A DNA stretch of 64,000 bases from Candidatus Omnitrophota bacterium (lineage in GTDB: Bacteria > Omnitrophota > Omnitrophia > Omnitrophales > Aquincolibacteriaceae), in the NCBI GenBank assembly GCA_023247035.1, contig JAHFHG010000005.1:7515-71514 (forward strand), written 5' to 3'. Under the pieces are notes generated by a model, which saw only the letters and a list, made by a program, of their open reading frames with translations, was not told the origin of the DNA and made no database searches. The translations under genes were made by a program, and so were the position numbers. How positions within the stretch are numbered: the stretch's first letter is position 1; every line of letters begins with the position of its first letter. Positions 19,968 to 29,907 of the stretch are shown piece by piece.

Positions 19968-21353
19968 TTATTTGTCCATCTTATTCATGCTCATCAAGAA
20001 TTCGGCGTTCGTTTTTGTTTTGGAAAGCCGGTCCACAAGAAGCTCCATCGCCTCGGCGGGATTGAGTTCGTTTAAAACCTTCCGCAGCAGCCACACGCGG
20101 TTCAGCTCGTCGGGGTGCATCAGAATGTCTTCTTTGCGCGTGTTGGATTTCTTCACGTCAATCGACGGGTAGATCCGCTTCTGGAACAGGTTACGGTCAA
20201 GCTGGAGCTCCATATTGCCCGTCCCTTTGAACTCCTCGAAAATAACCTCGTCCATCCGCGAGCCCGTATCCACCAAGGCCGTGGCGATGATCGTCAAGCT
20301 CCCGCCTTCTTCGATATTGCGGGCCGCGCCGAAAAACCGCTTCGGTTTGTGGAGCGCGCTCGAATCCACTCCGCCGGAAAGAATTTTGCCGGAGTGCGGG
20401 ACGACAGTATTGTAAGCGCGCGCAAGACGCGTGATGCTGTCCAAGAGAATGACCACGTCGCGCTTGTGCTCGACAAGCCGCTTGGCCTTTTCCAAGACGA
20501 CTTCGGCCACTTGAACGTGACGCTCCGCGGGCTCGTCAAAGGTGGAGGAAATCACTTCTCCCTTCACCGAACGCTGCATATCCGTCACTTCTTCTGGCCT
20601 TTCGTCGATCAGAAGCACGATCAAGTAAGCTTCCGGATGATTGCGGGTAATGCTGTTGGCGAGCTTTTGCAAAAGGATCGTTTTACCGCTGTAAGGCGGG
20701 GCCACGATCAATCCGCGCTGGCCGCAGCCGATCGGCGTCAAAAGATCCATCACGCGCATTGAGATTTCATCGTGCGTGGTCTCGAGCATGATTCTTTTTT
20801 CCGGATAAAGCGGCGTCAGATTATCGAAAGCGATCTTATCCTTGACGCTTTCCGGATCTTCGAAGTTCACCGCTTCCACCTTCAGAAGGGCGAAGTAACG
20901 CTCCCCTTCCTTGGGCGGGCGGATGTGGCCGCTTACGGTGTCACCCGTGCGCAGATTAAACCTCCGGATCTGGCTTGGGGAAACGTAAATATCGTCGGGA
21001 GAAGGAAGATAATTATAATTGGGCGAGCGCAAAAACCCGAATCCGTCCTGCAGGATTTCCAGGACTCCCTCTCCAAACATAAGCCCAGACCGCTCGGCCT
21101 GCGCCTGCAGGATCTTAAAAATAAGATCCTGCTTTTTAATCCCCGAGGTCGGGCCGATATTGAATTTCCGGGCCAGCTCATGAAGCTCATTGACCTTGAG
21201 CCGTTTCAGGCCCGCGACGTCAAAGGTTTTTTCGCCGGGCTGCGGCGCGCGGATCTGAACATCCGCATCGTCACCGTTCATTCCATTCACCGGACGGTTC
21301 GCCCCGGCAGCAGGATCTATTTTCTTCGTTGAGTGCATCTTTTCTTTAGCCAT
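19968..21353 (-). CDS. rho: Transcription termination factor Rho
   Basis: [47 protein letters not shown]. Confidence 0.99.
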   Translation of the reverse strand: MAKEKMHSTKKIDPAAGANRPVNGMNGDDADVQIRAPQPGEKTFDVAGLKRLKVNELHELARKFNIGPTSGIKKQDLIFKILQAQAERSGLMFGEGVLEILQDGFGFLRSPNYNYLPSPDDIYVSPSQIRRFNLRTGDTVSGHIRPPKEGERYFALLKVEAVNFEDPESVKDKIAFDNLTPLYPEKRIMLETTHDEISMRVMDLLTPIGCGQRGLIVAPPYSGKTILLQKLANSITRNHPEAYLIVLLIDERPEEVTDMQRSVKGEVISSTFDEPAERHVQVAEVVLEKAKRLVEHKRDVVILLDSITRLARAYNTVVPHSGKILSGGVDSSALHKPKRFFGAARNIEEGGSLTIIATALVDTGSRMDEVIFEEFKGTGNMELQLDRNLFQKRIYPSIDVKKSNTRKEDILMHPDELNRVWLLRKVLNELNPAEAMELLVDRLSKTKTNAEFLMSMNKMDK

Positions 21354-21359
21354 CTTCTT

Positions 21360-21989
21360 TTATGATCTCCTTTCAAAAACGGGACGTAGAGACTTCCAAA
21401 TTTTTTTCACTTCCCGTCGGGTTTGTTGGTAGTTTCCAGAATTATCGATAACAAAATCAGAACGTTTCTTTTTTTCTTCAGCGGCCAGCTGAGCCTTTTG
21501 ACGGGCTTCGATTTCCGCCGGCGTGTATCCTTTTTGCTTAAGCCGTCCGTACACCGATTTTACAGGCGCGGTGACGGCCACGGTTTTATCGCAAAAACGG
21601 TCAAAACCGCTTTCGTAGAGCAAAGGCGCTTCGACCGCGATGATTTTCTCCCCGGCCTTTTCAATCTCCCGCCGGATTCGATCCAGCACGTAAGGATGAA
21701 TGGCCGCTTCCAGCTTTTTTCGCCGCCGGGGGTTTTTAAAGACAAGCCGCGCCATTTTTTTACGGTCGACCCTTCCCTTGGCGTCACAGGCCTCTTGAAA
21801 TTGCCTTACGATTTGCGGATAGACCGGCGAATTTTTGCGAAGGGCTTGGTGAGCCCATTTATCGGCATCAATGACGCGCGCCCCAAGCTCTCCGAAAAAA
21901 CGCGCCGCCGTGCTTTTGCCGGATCCAAAATCCCCCGTAATCCCCACAATCACCTTGCCGGAATTTTTCGGATTCAGTTTTTGTACCAT
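21360..21989 (-). CDS. coaE: Dephospho-CoA kinase
   Basis: GITGDFGSGKS, DAD, IHP, EAPLLYE, IDNSG. Confidence 0.96.
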   Translation of the reverse strand: MVQKLNPKNSGKVIVGITGDFGSGKSTAARFFGELGARVIDADKWAHQALRKNSPVYPQIVRQFQEACDAKGRVDRKKMARLVFKNPRRRKKLEAAIHPYVLDRIRREIEKAGEKIIAVEAPLLYESGFDRFCDKTVAVTAPVKSVYGRLKQKGYTPAEIEARQKAQLAAEEKKKRSDFVIDNSGNYQQTRREVKKIWKSLRPVFERRS

Positions 21990-24718
21990 GAATCGCCGAC
22001 AAAAATATCCGCCCGCAGCGGCACGCGGAGTTGATAAGACTCTTCCATTTCCTTTTTGACCAAAGCCGTGAGGTTTCCGGATTCGCCGGCAAGCATATCA
22101 AAGACCAGCTCGTCGTGGACCTGCATAATCATCAGGCTCTCGAGGCCTTCGCTTTCAAGCCGGTTCTGGATCGCAATCATCGCAAGCTTGATCAAATCCG
22201 CGGCGGAACCCTGGATCGGAGCATTGATTGCGGCGCGTTCGGCAAACTGGCGAAGCTGCAGGTTCTTGGAATGGATCTCGGGAAAATAAGAACGGCGCCC
22301 GAGAAGGGTTTCTAAATAACCGTTTTTGCGGGCCAGCTCTTTTTGATTTTCCAGATAATCTTTGACGGCCCGGTAGCGCTGAAAATAACTTTCAATGAAC
22401 CCGTCGGCCTCGGAAACCGAAATCCCTAGATCTTGAGACAAACCGAACGGGGTTTTGCCGTAAATAATGCTGAAGTTAATGGTCTTCGCGGCATTGCGCA
22501 TTTCGCGCGTGACGTCCGCTTCCTTGACGCCGTAAAGCAGGACCGCCGTGAATTTGTGAATGTCGCGGTCCTCGCCAAACGCCTCGGTCAAGTTCTCGTC
22601 TCCCGAAAGATGGGCGAGGATCCGGAGCTCGATTTGAGAATAGTCCGCCGAAAGGATCTTCCGCGGCCCCTTTTTATCCGGGCGGGGGATAAAGGCCTTG
22701 CGAATCATCCGTCCGGTTTCGGTGCGGATCGGAATGTTTTGAAGATTGGGGTCAGAACTGGAAAGCCGCCCGGTCACGGTCGTGGTTTGATTGTAAGAAG
22801 TGTGCACAAGTCCCGTGCGAGGCGAAATCATTTCGGGAAGCGCGTCAAGATACGTGGATTTAAGCTTGGCCTTCTCGCGGTATTCCAAAATTTTTTTCGG
22901 CATCTCGTAGTCCGGCGACAATTTTTCAAGCACGTTCACGTCGGTGGAATAGCCGGTTTTGGTCCGGCGGACGACGGGCAGTTTCAACTTCTCAAAAAGC
23001 ACTTCGGATAACTGTTTCGGTGAGTTGATATTGAATTCCTCTCCGGCCAGGGAAAAAATTTCGCGCGTCAGAAGCTCGAGGTCGCGGCCCGCCTCGCCCG
23101 AGAGCTTCTTTAAAAGATCACGGTCAAGGCTCACGCCGTTCATTTCCATTTTGGCAAGCACTTCCACAAGCGGCATTTCCACTTCCCTATAAAGCTTCAT
23201 CAAGCCCAACTCCTCGAGCTTCTGCCTCAAAAGAGGCGCAAGCCGGAACACGCAGTCCGCGTCCTCGCAGGCGTAAGGCGAAATCTGCTCGAGCGGGACC
23301 TCGGCCATTGTAATTTGAGCCTTGCCTTTCCCGATTAAGGATTGTGTCGTGATCTTGCGGACGCCCAAAAACTCCAGGGTAATTTCATCCAAATTGTGGT
23401 TCAGCTTGATGGGATTGGCCAGGTAGCTTGCGACCATCGTATCCAATTCAATGCCCCGGATTGTGATCCCGAGTTTTTTCATCACGATCCAATCGTATTT
23501 AATGTTTTGCCCGTACTTTTTTTGTTTGGGATTCTCGAGGACCGGCTTTAAACCGCTTAAAACTTTTTCGATAGGGAGCCCGGAACCTTGATGTTCCTTG
23601 GGAAAAGAAACAGGAATGTAATAAGCGCGGAAAGGATCCCACGCAAAACTCAGGCCCACAAGCGCGGCCGAGACCGGATCTTCGGCGGTCGTTTCCGTAT
23701 CAAAACTAAAGGCCTCGGCCTTCTTCAGTTTGGCAATAAATTCTTCCAGTTCCTTTTCTGTCTGGACCGGCTGATAAGACCTTTGCTCTTCCTGAACGGC
23801 GCCGGCCGGCGTCACTTCCTTCAAAAAGGCGCGGAATTCAAAGCGTTTATAAAATTCGCTCAGGCCCTCCCGGTCGGGCTCGGTCATTTGGAGTTGGCCC
23901 CAGTTAAGTTCTATCGGCGCGTTCGTGTCAATCGTGGCGAGCTCTTTGGAAAGGCGGATCTTCTCGATATTCGATTTCAAAAGTTCCTGCTGGGTTTTGG
24001 ATTGAATTTTTCCAAGATCGCGGATGAGATTTTCTACGGATCCAAATTGTTGAATGAGCTTGAGGGCTGTTTTTTCGCCGACGCCTGAAACGCCGGGGAT
24101 ATTATCGGAGGCATCTCCCATTAAGGCCATCACATCGACGACCTTTTCAGGGCCCAATCCTTCGAAACGTTCCTTCACCTTTTGGGAATCGTAAATCCGG
24201 CTTTCCTTGTGAGGATTCAAAACTTTAATGTGCTCGCTTACAAGCTGCATTGCGTCTTTGTCTGCCGTGACGATGAAAATTTCATACCCTTTCTTTTCCG
24301 CTTTGACGGCAAGCGTCCCGATCAAATCGTCGGCCTCATAGCCCGGCATTTCATAAATTGCAAAACCCGAGAGGCGGCAAAATTTTTTAATCGGCTCAAT
24401 CTGCGAGACCAAATCTTCGGGCATCGGCTTGCGGTGCGCCTTGTAATCTTTAAACCGCTCGTGGCGGAATGTCGGCTCGTGCCGGTCAAAGCAGATCGCA
24501 ATGCTGTGAGGCGCCTCCTCTTTGAAGAGCTTGCGCAGCATCGTGATAAATCCATAAAGGGCGTTAGTCGGTTCTCCTTTGGAATTCGAAAGTGACCGGA
24601 TCGCGTAATAAGCCCGGTAGCAAAAAGAGTTTCCGTCCACCAAAAGGAGTTTCTTGAGGGACGTTTCTTGGAGCGCTTTTGGGGACGGTTCGTGTCCGTT
24701 ATGCTGGGTCCGTTTCAT
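21974..24718 (-). CDS. polA: DNA polymerase I (5'-3' exo, 3'-5' exo and polymerase domains)
   Basis: LVDGNS, YEADD, FDTETT, TGRLSSSDPNLQNIP, ADYSQIELR, QVHDELV. Confidence 0.99.
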   Translation of the reverse strand: MKRTQHNGHEPSPKALQETSLKKLLLVDGNSFCYRAYYAIRSLSNSKGEPTNALYGFITMLRKLFKEEAPHSIAICFDRHEPTFRHERFKDYKAHRKPMPEDLVSQIEPIKKFCRLSGFAIYEMPGYEADDLIGTLAVKAEKKGYEIFIVTADKDAMQLVSEHIKVLNPHKESRIYDSQKVKERFEGLGPEKVVDVMALMGDASDNIPGVSGVGEKTALKLIQQFGSVENLIRDLGKIQSKTQQELLKSNIEKIRLSKELATIDTNAPIELNWGQLQMTEPDREGLSEFYKRFEFRAFLKEVTPAGAVQEEQRSYQPVQTEKELEEFIAKLKKAEAFSFDTETTAEDPVSAALVGLSFAWDPFRAYYIPVSFPKEHQGSGLPIEKVLSGLKPVLENPKQKKYGQNIKYDWIVMKKLGITIRGIELDTMVASYLANPIKLNHNLDEITLEFLGVRKITTQSLIGKGKAQITMAEVPLEQISPYACEDADCVFRLAPLLRQKLEELGLMKLYREVEMPLVEVLAKMEMNGVSLDRDLLKKLSGEAGRDLELLTREIFSLAGEEFNINSPKQLSEVLFEKLKLPVVRRTKTGYSTDVNVLEKLSPDYEMPKKILEYREKAKLKSTYLDALPEMISPRTGLVHTSYNQTTTVTGRLSSSDPNLQNIPIRTETGRMIRKAFIPRPDKKGPRKILSADYSQIELRILAHLSGDENLTEAFGEDRDIHKFTAVLLYGVKEADVTREMRNAAKTINFSIIYGKTPFGLSQDLGISVSEADGFIESYFQRYRAVKDYLENQKELARKNGYLETLLGRRSYFPEIHSKNLQLRQFAERAAINAPIQGSAADLIKLAMIAIQNRLESEGLESLMIMQVHDELVFDMLAGESGNLTALVKKEMEESYQLRVPLRADIFVGDSWYKN

Positions 24719-24994
24719 TTCAAAGGGGCAAAGAGTTCGGCAGGATTCATTTTTTCGATTGTATGGCTAATAAGCGAAAATAGTGAGGCTTTCTTCTTCA
24801 AATTTGAATTAGGGATTCAAAGCTTTTTGCGTGGATTCTTGGATTGGCTTTCCCAAAACGCGGGCTTAAGATACCCGAATTGTTCTCTGCGGTCAAGGAT
24901 TTTGTTTTGGTTTGTCCTTTATTAATCCTTACCGCAGCCGGTTATAAATACGGCTTCTTACTTAAAAAGAAGAATTGGCGGTATAGCGAAAAGC

Positions 24995-26071
24995 CTACTT
25001 TTTCCCCGACACCGCGGTACGGGAAGCGCGCTCGGCAAGTTCGCGCGGATCCTGGGCCGCATCAATCATCGAGTCGTAGCTGATCATCCCGGCCTGATAC
25101 ATTTCCTTCAAATGATCGTCCAGCGCTTTCATCCCGAACCGGGTTCCTGTTTGAATTTCCGAGACCACTTGATACGTTTTTCCTTCGCGGATCAGATTGC
25201 GGATCGCGGGCGTGGCGATCATAATTTCAAACGCGCAGATGCGGCCGGAGGTATCAATGCGCGGAAGCAGGGTCTGAGAGACCACAGCGACAAGGGTTGA
25301 AGCCAGCTGGATCTTGACTTGCGCCTGCTGGCCGGACGGGAACACGTCAATAATTCTGTCCACGGTCCTGGCCGCGCCCGTGGTGTGAAGCGTGGAGAAG
25401 ACAAGATGCCCGGTCTCGGCCGCGCGGATCGCCGATTCCATCGTCGCAATGTCGCGCATTTCACCGATTAAAATGACGTCCGGGTCTTGGCGGAGCGCCT
25501 TGATCACCGCCTCGGAAAAACTGGGCACGTCCTCGCCCACTTCGCGCTGGGTGACAATGGACTTTTTGTGCGGATGCATAAATTCGATAGGATCTTCCAC
25601 CGTAATAATGTGCTTCGCGTAATTTTCATTGATGTGATTGAGCATGGTGGCAAGCGAGGTTGTCTTTCCCGATCCGGTAGGCCCGGTGACGAGAATAAGC
25701 CCGCGGGGGCGCGAGAGAAGTTCCTTAAGCTGCGCCGGAAGCCCGATCTGTTCAAATGTATAAAAACGGTTAGGGAGCTGGCGGAGGACCATCGCAAAAG
25801 TTCCCTTTTGCTTGTAGCAGGAAACGCGGAAACGCGCGTTTTCATTATACGAAAAACCAAAATCAATCCCGCCCACTTCCTCGATTTTTTTGCGCTGTTC
25901 CTCCGTGGTAATTTCCCGCGCCAGGGATTCCGTTTCCTGCGGCGTGAGCGGTTTATCGTCCATCGACACAATCGCTCCGTGAATACGCAGGGACCGCGGA
26001 CGGCCCACGCTTAAATGAATATCCGAGGCCTGTTTTTCGATCGCATCATTCAAAATCGCTTCAATGGGCAT
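24995..26071 (-). CDS. pilT: Type IV pilus retraction ATPase
   Basis: ASDIHL, GPTGSGKTT, EDPIE, LRQDPD, AAETGHLVFSTLHT, AIRNLIRE signature. Confidence 0.93.
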   Translation of the reverse strand: MPIEAILNDAIEKQASDIHLSVGRPRSLRIHGAIVSMDDKPLTPQETESLAREITTEEQRKKIEEVGGIDFGFSYNENARFRVSCYKQKGTFAMVLRQLPNRFYTFEQIGLPAQLKELLSRPRGLILVTGPTGSGKTTSLATMLNHINENYAKHIITVEDPIEFMHPHKKSIVTQREVGEDVPSFSEAVIKALRQDPDVILIGEMRDIATMESAIRAAETGHLVFSTLHTTGAARTVDRIIDVFPSGQQAQVKIQLASTLVAVVSQTLLPRIDTSGRICAFEIMIATPAIRNLIREGKTYQVVSEIQTGTRFGMKALDDHLKEMYQAGMISYDSMIDAAQDPRELAERASRTAVSGKK

Positions 26072-26093
26072 ACGTTTTCTCCTCTTTTTTCAA

Positions 26094-26102
26094 AGTATAG
26101 CA
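26094..26102 (-). promoter_or_regulatory. Putative extended -10 promoter of pilT
   Basis: TGCTATACT on minus strand ~25 nt upstream of the ATG. Confidence 0.5.
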
Positions 26103-26125
26103 CGGCCGCGCGGAACCGCCAGGGG

Positions 26126-26252
26126 TTAAGGCAAAGCCGAAAGAAAAATTAAAAAGGCAAAAGGATAAAAAATTAAAGGCGGCAAATCCGCTTGGAATAT
26201 TTCGATTTCAACTTCCAGGTTGCGCTTTTTCCTTTTCGCTTTGCCTTTTTAA
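26126..26252. repeat. Purine/pyrimidine imperfect inverted repeat (long hairpin)
   Basis: TAAGGCAAAGCCGAAAGAAAAA pairs with TTTTTCCTTTTCGCTTTGCCTT; AAAGGC units repeated. Confidence 0.55.
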
Positions 26253-26767
26253 GGATTGATCCGGAAAATAGAAACGGCCTTCAAGATCAATGCAATGACA
26301 GCCGCTAGGAAAAATAAAAACGCCGGGCCTTCCCCGTTGCGCGGAAGCGGCGTCAAGGCCAAACGGCTCCTCACGCCTCGCAGCAAAATTTGAAAAAGCG
26401 AGGCCGCCGCGGCGAGCAACGCGGAAAAATAAACACAATCCCAAAAGCTCCGGCTTCTTTCCGCAGCCAAAAAGGAAAATCCCGCGGCCGTGATATAGAA
26501 AGCCCAAGATTTTTTTTGCGTTCGCTGAAGCTCATAACCGAGAGGCAGGAGAAGCAGGATCAAGAATTCCCCGTTTCGGATTTTCTCCAAAGGCAGGACG
26601 GAAAGAATCCAGCGGCAAAGAACGGCCGCCAGCGCGCTGGCGGCAAAAATTTCGACGCCTTCTTTGATAATATGGAAAAAGTTTTTTAAAGAAATTTCTT
26701 CCCGTTTTTCCTTCTCCAAAGACATCAGCAGCCCGAGGCTGACCGCGGCAAAAAAGAGGCCGTTCAC
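26249..26767 (-). CDS. Degenerate RnfA/RsxA-like membrane protein
   Basis: C-terminal LRGVRSRLALTPLPRNGEGPAFLFFLAAVIAL resembles RnfA GIRERL...P..F.G.PI..I.A.LM.L; last gene of rnf order; GTGA overlap with upstream gene. Confidence 0.65.
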   Translation of the reverse strand: MNGLFFAAVSLGLLMSLEKEKREEISLKNFFHIIKEGVEIFAASALAAVLCRWILSVLPLEKIRNGEFLILLLLPLGYELQRTQKKSWAFYITAAGFSFLAAERSRSFWDCVYFSALLAAAASLFQILLRGVRSRLALTPLPRNGEGPAFLFFLAAVIALILKAVSIFRINP

Positions 26768-27285
26768 TTTACGATTTCCTTTCCCGGCTGGTTTTGCCAC
26801 AGCCAGGCCGCAAACGCAATCAGAAATAAGACGCCGGCAGGTTGATCAAAAAAAAGAGTGCCTGCGTTCCTGAAAATTTCTCGGCTGACTCCAAGGTAAA
26901 TCAAAATCGCCGCAAAACCGATCCCCCTCGGCACCGCAGAGCCCGGGCTTGCGATCCAAGAATCCGGAGCGCTGAGTTTCAATTCCTTGATAAAATAAAA
27001 GGAGAGGAGCAACAGAAGGCTCAAAGCGCAAAAAGGGCTAAGGCCCTCGCCGGCGGTATACGTGAGAGCCGCTTCTGTCCACGCCGCAATCCAAAGGACG
27101 ATTGAGATTCCCAGCCCTTTTTTAGGAAACAGAGGCCGGCTTACTTTGAAAAAAAATATCGTGAGCCAAAAAATTGATACGACAACCCCTGAGATTTTCA
27201 AGGCCGCAGAAAAAGAATCGGCTTTATCTAAAAGGGGGAGGGCGGCTAAAACTATATTTAAAAATGCCCGTTCACTGCTCTTCAT
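26764..27285 (-). CDS. Degenerate RnfE/RsxE-like membrane protein
   Basis: GIGFAAILIYLGVSREIF...QPAGVLF resembles RnfE GLGF..VLG..REILG...PPGAF; LAALPLL in place of LGLCPLL. Confidence 0.7.
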   Translation of the reverse strand: MKSSERAFLNIVLAALPLLDKADSFSAALKISGVVVSIFWLTIFFFKVSRPLFPKKGLGISIVLWIAAWTEAALTYTAGEGLSPFCALSLLLLLSFYFIKELKLSAPDSWIASPGSAVPRGIGFAAILIYLGVSREIFRNAGTLFFDQPAGVLFLIAFAAWLWQNQPGKEIVK

Positions 27286-27601
27286 AAGAAAGGCCGGGAG
27301 AATGTTCTTCCGACGCGGCTTGAAAATACCTCAGAAATTTTCGACTGACGGATGGATCGAGAAAAGATTCTTTATTCTTAACTTGAGTTCCGGGCGGCTC
27401 TTTTTGAAAAGCCGGCCCGTGTTTCGCGCGGGCTTCCAGACCGCTCGGGAATCGGAGCTCCCCGCCTTGTTTTAAAAATCGAACGAGATAAACGAGGCCG
27501 CCTAAGGCCGCAAGAAAAAGAATAAAAAATAAGCGGCGGAACATTTCGATGAAAAATTCCTTCGGCGGGAAAGTGAAAAAATGCGGCGGGCGCGTTTTCA
27601 T
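27272..27601 (-). CDS. Small single-TM protein at the rnfG position
   Basis: ATGA overlap with rnfD stop, 14-nt overlap with rnfE start; TM LFFILFLAALGGLVYLV; no FMN motif. Confidence 0.55.
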   Translation of the reverse strand: MKTRPPHFFTFPPKEFFIEMFRRLFFILFLAALGGLVYLVRFLKQGGELRFPSGLEARAKHGPAFQKEPPGTQVKNKESFLDPSVSRKFLRYFQAASEEHSPGLSYEEQ

Positions 27602-28506
27602 GGGTTTTGAATCGAAGCCCGGGCGCGCTTCGGGCGAACCCATTCGTCAATCCACGGGGTTAAGGCATTCATGAAAAGGACGGCAAAAATAATCCCGCCG
27701 GAGGGCGATCCCCGGCGCATAAAAACCGTGCAAACGGCCGCCCCCAGCGCAAAAAGCCAGTTTCCTTTTTGAGTCGACGGCGTCGTGACGGGATCTGTGA
27801 TGAAAAAAAAGGCGGCGAAAAAAGCGCCGCCCCACAAAAGATTCTTCCAGGGATCCAAGCCCGCCGCGCGAGAAAACAAAAAGAGGGCCCCTAAAAAAAT
27901 GGCGGGGACCCTCCAATCGATATATTTTTTCCAGATCAGCGCCAACCCTCCGGCTAAAAGCGCGGCCGCGCTCGTTTCACCGATCATCCCGGCGTCGTGG
28001 CCCAAAAAAAGACCGGGCGCCGGCAATCCCCCGCCGTCAAGGCTGAGCGGATGATTTGTCAAAATTCCGGTAAGCGGCTCTGGAGTCCGGCTCATCCCTT
28101 CCGGGAAAATGGCCCACAAAAAACCGGCGCCCAGAAGCGACGGGTGAAACGGATTTGCGCCCAAGCCTCCGAAAATTTCCTTCCCGAATAAAACCGTCAC
28201 GAAGCCGCCAAGAATGACTCTCCAAAAGGGAATGCCGGCCGGCATCAGCATTGAAAAAAGAAGGGCGGATAAAACTGTAAACCCGTTATAAAATGCCGGC
28301 TTTTTCCCAAACAGACGCGCGCTTAGGAATTCCGTAACCAGCCCCGTCAAAACCGCGGTGAAGACAATCCTTGCGGCATCCCAGCGGAACCAAAAAAAAG
28401 CGCTCGCAAGCGATGGAATAAGAGCCGCAACCGTAATCCAGAATCGCTGAGGCACGGAATCAAACGCTTTGATATGAGGCGGAAAAGTTGTGCGGTAAGG
28501 GGTCAT
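27598..28506 (-). CDS. rnfD: RnfD/RsxD family membrane subunit (divergent)
   Basis: PPHI, GKEIFGGLGANPFHP, GMIGETS, FFITDPVTTP, FAVLFMNALTPWID. Confidence 0.88.
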   Translation of the reverse strand: MTPYRTTFPPHIKAFDSVPQRFWITVAALIPSLASAFFWFRWDAARIVFTAVLTGLVTEFLSARLFGKKPAFYNGFTVLSALLFSMLMPAGIPFWRVILGGFVTVLFGKEIFGGLGANPFHPSLLGAGFLWAIFPEGMSRTPEPLTGILTNHPLSLDGGGLPAPGLFLGHDAGMIGETSAAALLAGGLALIWKKYIDWRVPAIFLGALFLFSRAAGLDPWKNLLWGGAFFAAFFFITDPVTTPSTQKGNWLFALGAAVCTVFMRRGSPSGGIIFAVLFMNALTPWIDEWVRPKRARASIQNP

Positions 28507-28611
28507 TGGAATGCCGGCAAAGCGTCTGTCTTATGTAACTTGAGTTGTGCAAATTTTGTTTTTCTTTCCGTCATTGTAAGAATGAAAAGGGTTATCTTTG
28601 ATGAAAGACCC

Positions 28612-29907
28612 TTAGGATTTTTTGGCCGTCCCGCCCAACTCGTTTTGAACAATCTTCTCAAAATTTTCGTACGGCTGAGCCCCGGAAACAGGATTGCCAT
28701 TGATAAAAAACGCCGGCGTTCCTCTGACCCCGGCAGCCTCGCCCGCCGCGATATCCTTTTTAACCGAATCCTTGTATCTCCCTTTGGCGAGGCATTCCTC
28801 GAATTTTTTTCTCTTCATCCCGGCCTCGTCCGCCAGACGGCTCAAGACGGCGTCGCCTTCGGCCAGGGCCGCCTGATTTTCAAAAAGCTTGTCGTGATAT
28901 TCCCAGAATTTTCCTTGTTCGGCCGCGCACTGAGACGCCTCGTGAGTCCGCTGGGACCCCTGATGAAAACTCAAAGGAAAATGCCGCCAAATTCTGCGGA
29001 CTTTTTTAGGATAATTTTCCAGCAGTTTATCGAGCGTCGGGCCTACCCTTTTACAAAAAGGGCAGTGGAAATCACTGAACTCGACGAGCGTAACCGGCGC
29101 GGATTGCGGGCCCTTCGAAGGTTTCCCCTCAAGATCACTGAAGAAAACCGGTTTCTTCGGCTCCGGGGAAACCTGCCGCGGCGCAGCCCTTGAAGGAGCC
29201 GCGGGCTGATTTTGATTTCCCCTCTTGGGATTCAAAATACTCTCCATAAGCTGCTCAAATTGCTCCGGCACGAACGTGCCCGAGCTCCGGTATTCATTGG
29301 CGACCTTAATCACAAAAGTGGGCGTTCCGAAAATATTATCTTCCTTGGCCCGCCGGATTTCTTCCTGAATAGCCTTCCGGTATTTTCCGCTTTTCAGGCA
29401 TTCTTGAAAGCGGTTCGGCTCGACGCCTGCGCCTTGGGCAATACGCGCAAGATCCAATTCCTTCGGAGGTTCTGGGAGATCAAAAACAGCGTCGTGAAAC
29501 GGCCAAAATTTTCCTTGCTCATAAGCGCACGCCGAGGCTTCGTGAGTGAAGAACGCGCCGGAGCCGGGAGAAGAGCCCGCATTGGGGAAATGGCGGAAAA
29601 TCATACGGACTGTCGTGGGATACTGCGTCATTATTTTTTTCACGCTCGCAGCCGCCAACCGGCTGTAAGGGCAATGAAAGTCCGCATATTCGATAAGGGT
29701 TACCGGGGCTTTATCGACATACCGGTAAGGCGCGGCCAGCTGGGCTGAGTTATCCGATAGAACAGCTTTCTCCTCGGCCTTGCTAAAAAGGCATTTTGAA
29801 CCTAAGCGCGGGATCGAAACGCCGGCGGCCTTGATCAGCAGGATCAAGAGCATTGAAAGAACCGCTCCTGACATAAGGCCTAAAAAGAAAAGTTTATTTT
29901 TCTCCAT
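28612..29907 (-). CDS. Membrane-anchored tandem DsbA/thioredoxin-fold protein
   Basis: N-terminal TM; two domains DFHCPYS...FRHFP...GTPTF and DFHCPFC...WRHFP...GTPAF; start MEKNK overlaps rnfC stop. Confidence 0.9.
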   Translation of the reverse strand: MEKNKLFFLGLMSGAVLSMLLILLIKAAGVSIPRLGSKCLFSKAEEKAVLSDNSAQLAAPYRYVDKAPVTLIEYADFHCPYSRLAAASVKKIMTQYPTTVRMIFRHFPNAGSSPGSGAFFTHEASACAYEQGKFWPFHDAVFDLPEPPKELDLARIAQGAGVEPNRFQECLKSGKYRKAIQEEIRRAKEDNIFGTPTFVIKVANEYRSSGTFVPEQFEQLMESILNPKRGNQNQPAAPSRAAPRQVSPEPKKPVFFSDLEGKPSKGPQSAPVTLVEFSDFHCPFCKRVGPTLDKLLENYPKKVRRIWRHFPLSFHQGSQRTHEASQCAAEQGKFWEYHDKLFENQAALAEGDAVLSRLADEAGMKRKKFEECLAKGRYKDSVKKDIAAGEAAGVRGTPAFFINGNPVSGAQPYENFEKIVQNELGGTAKKS

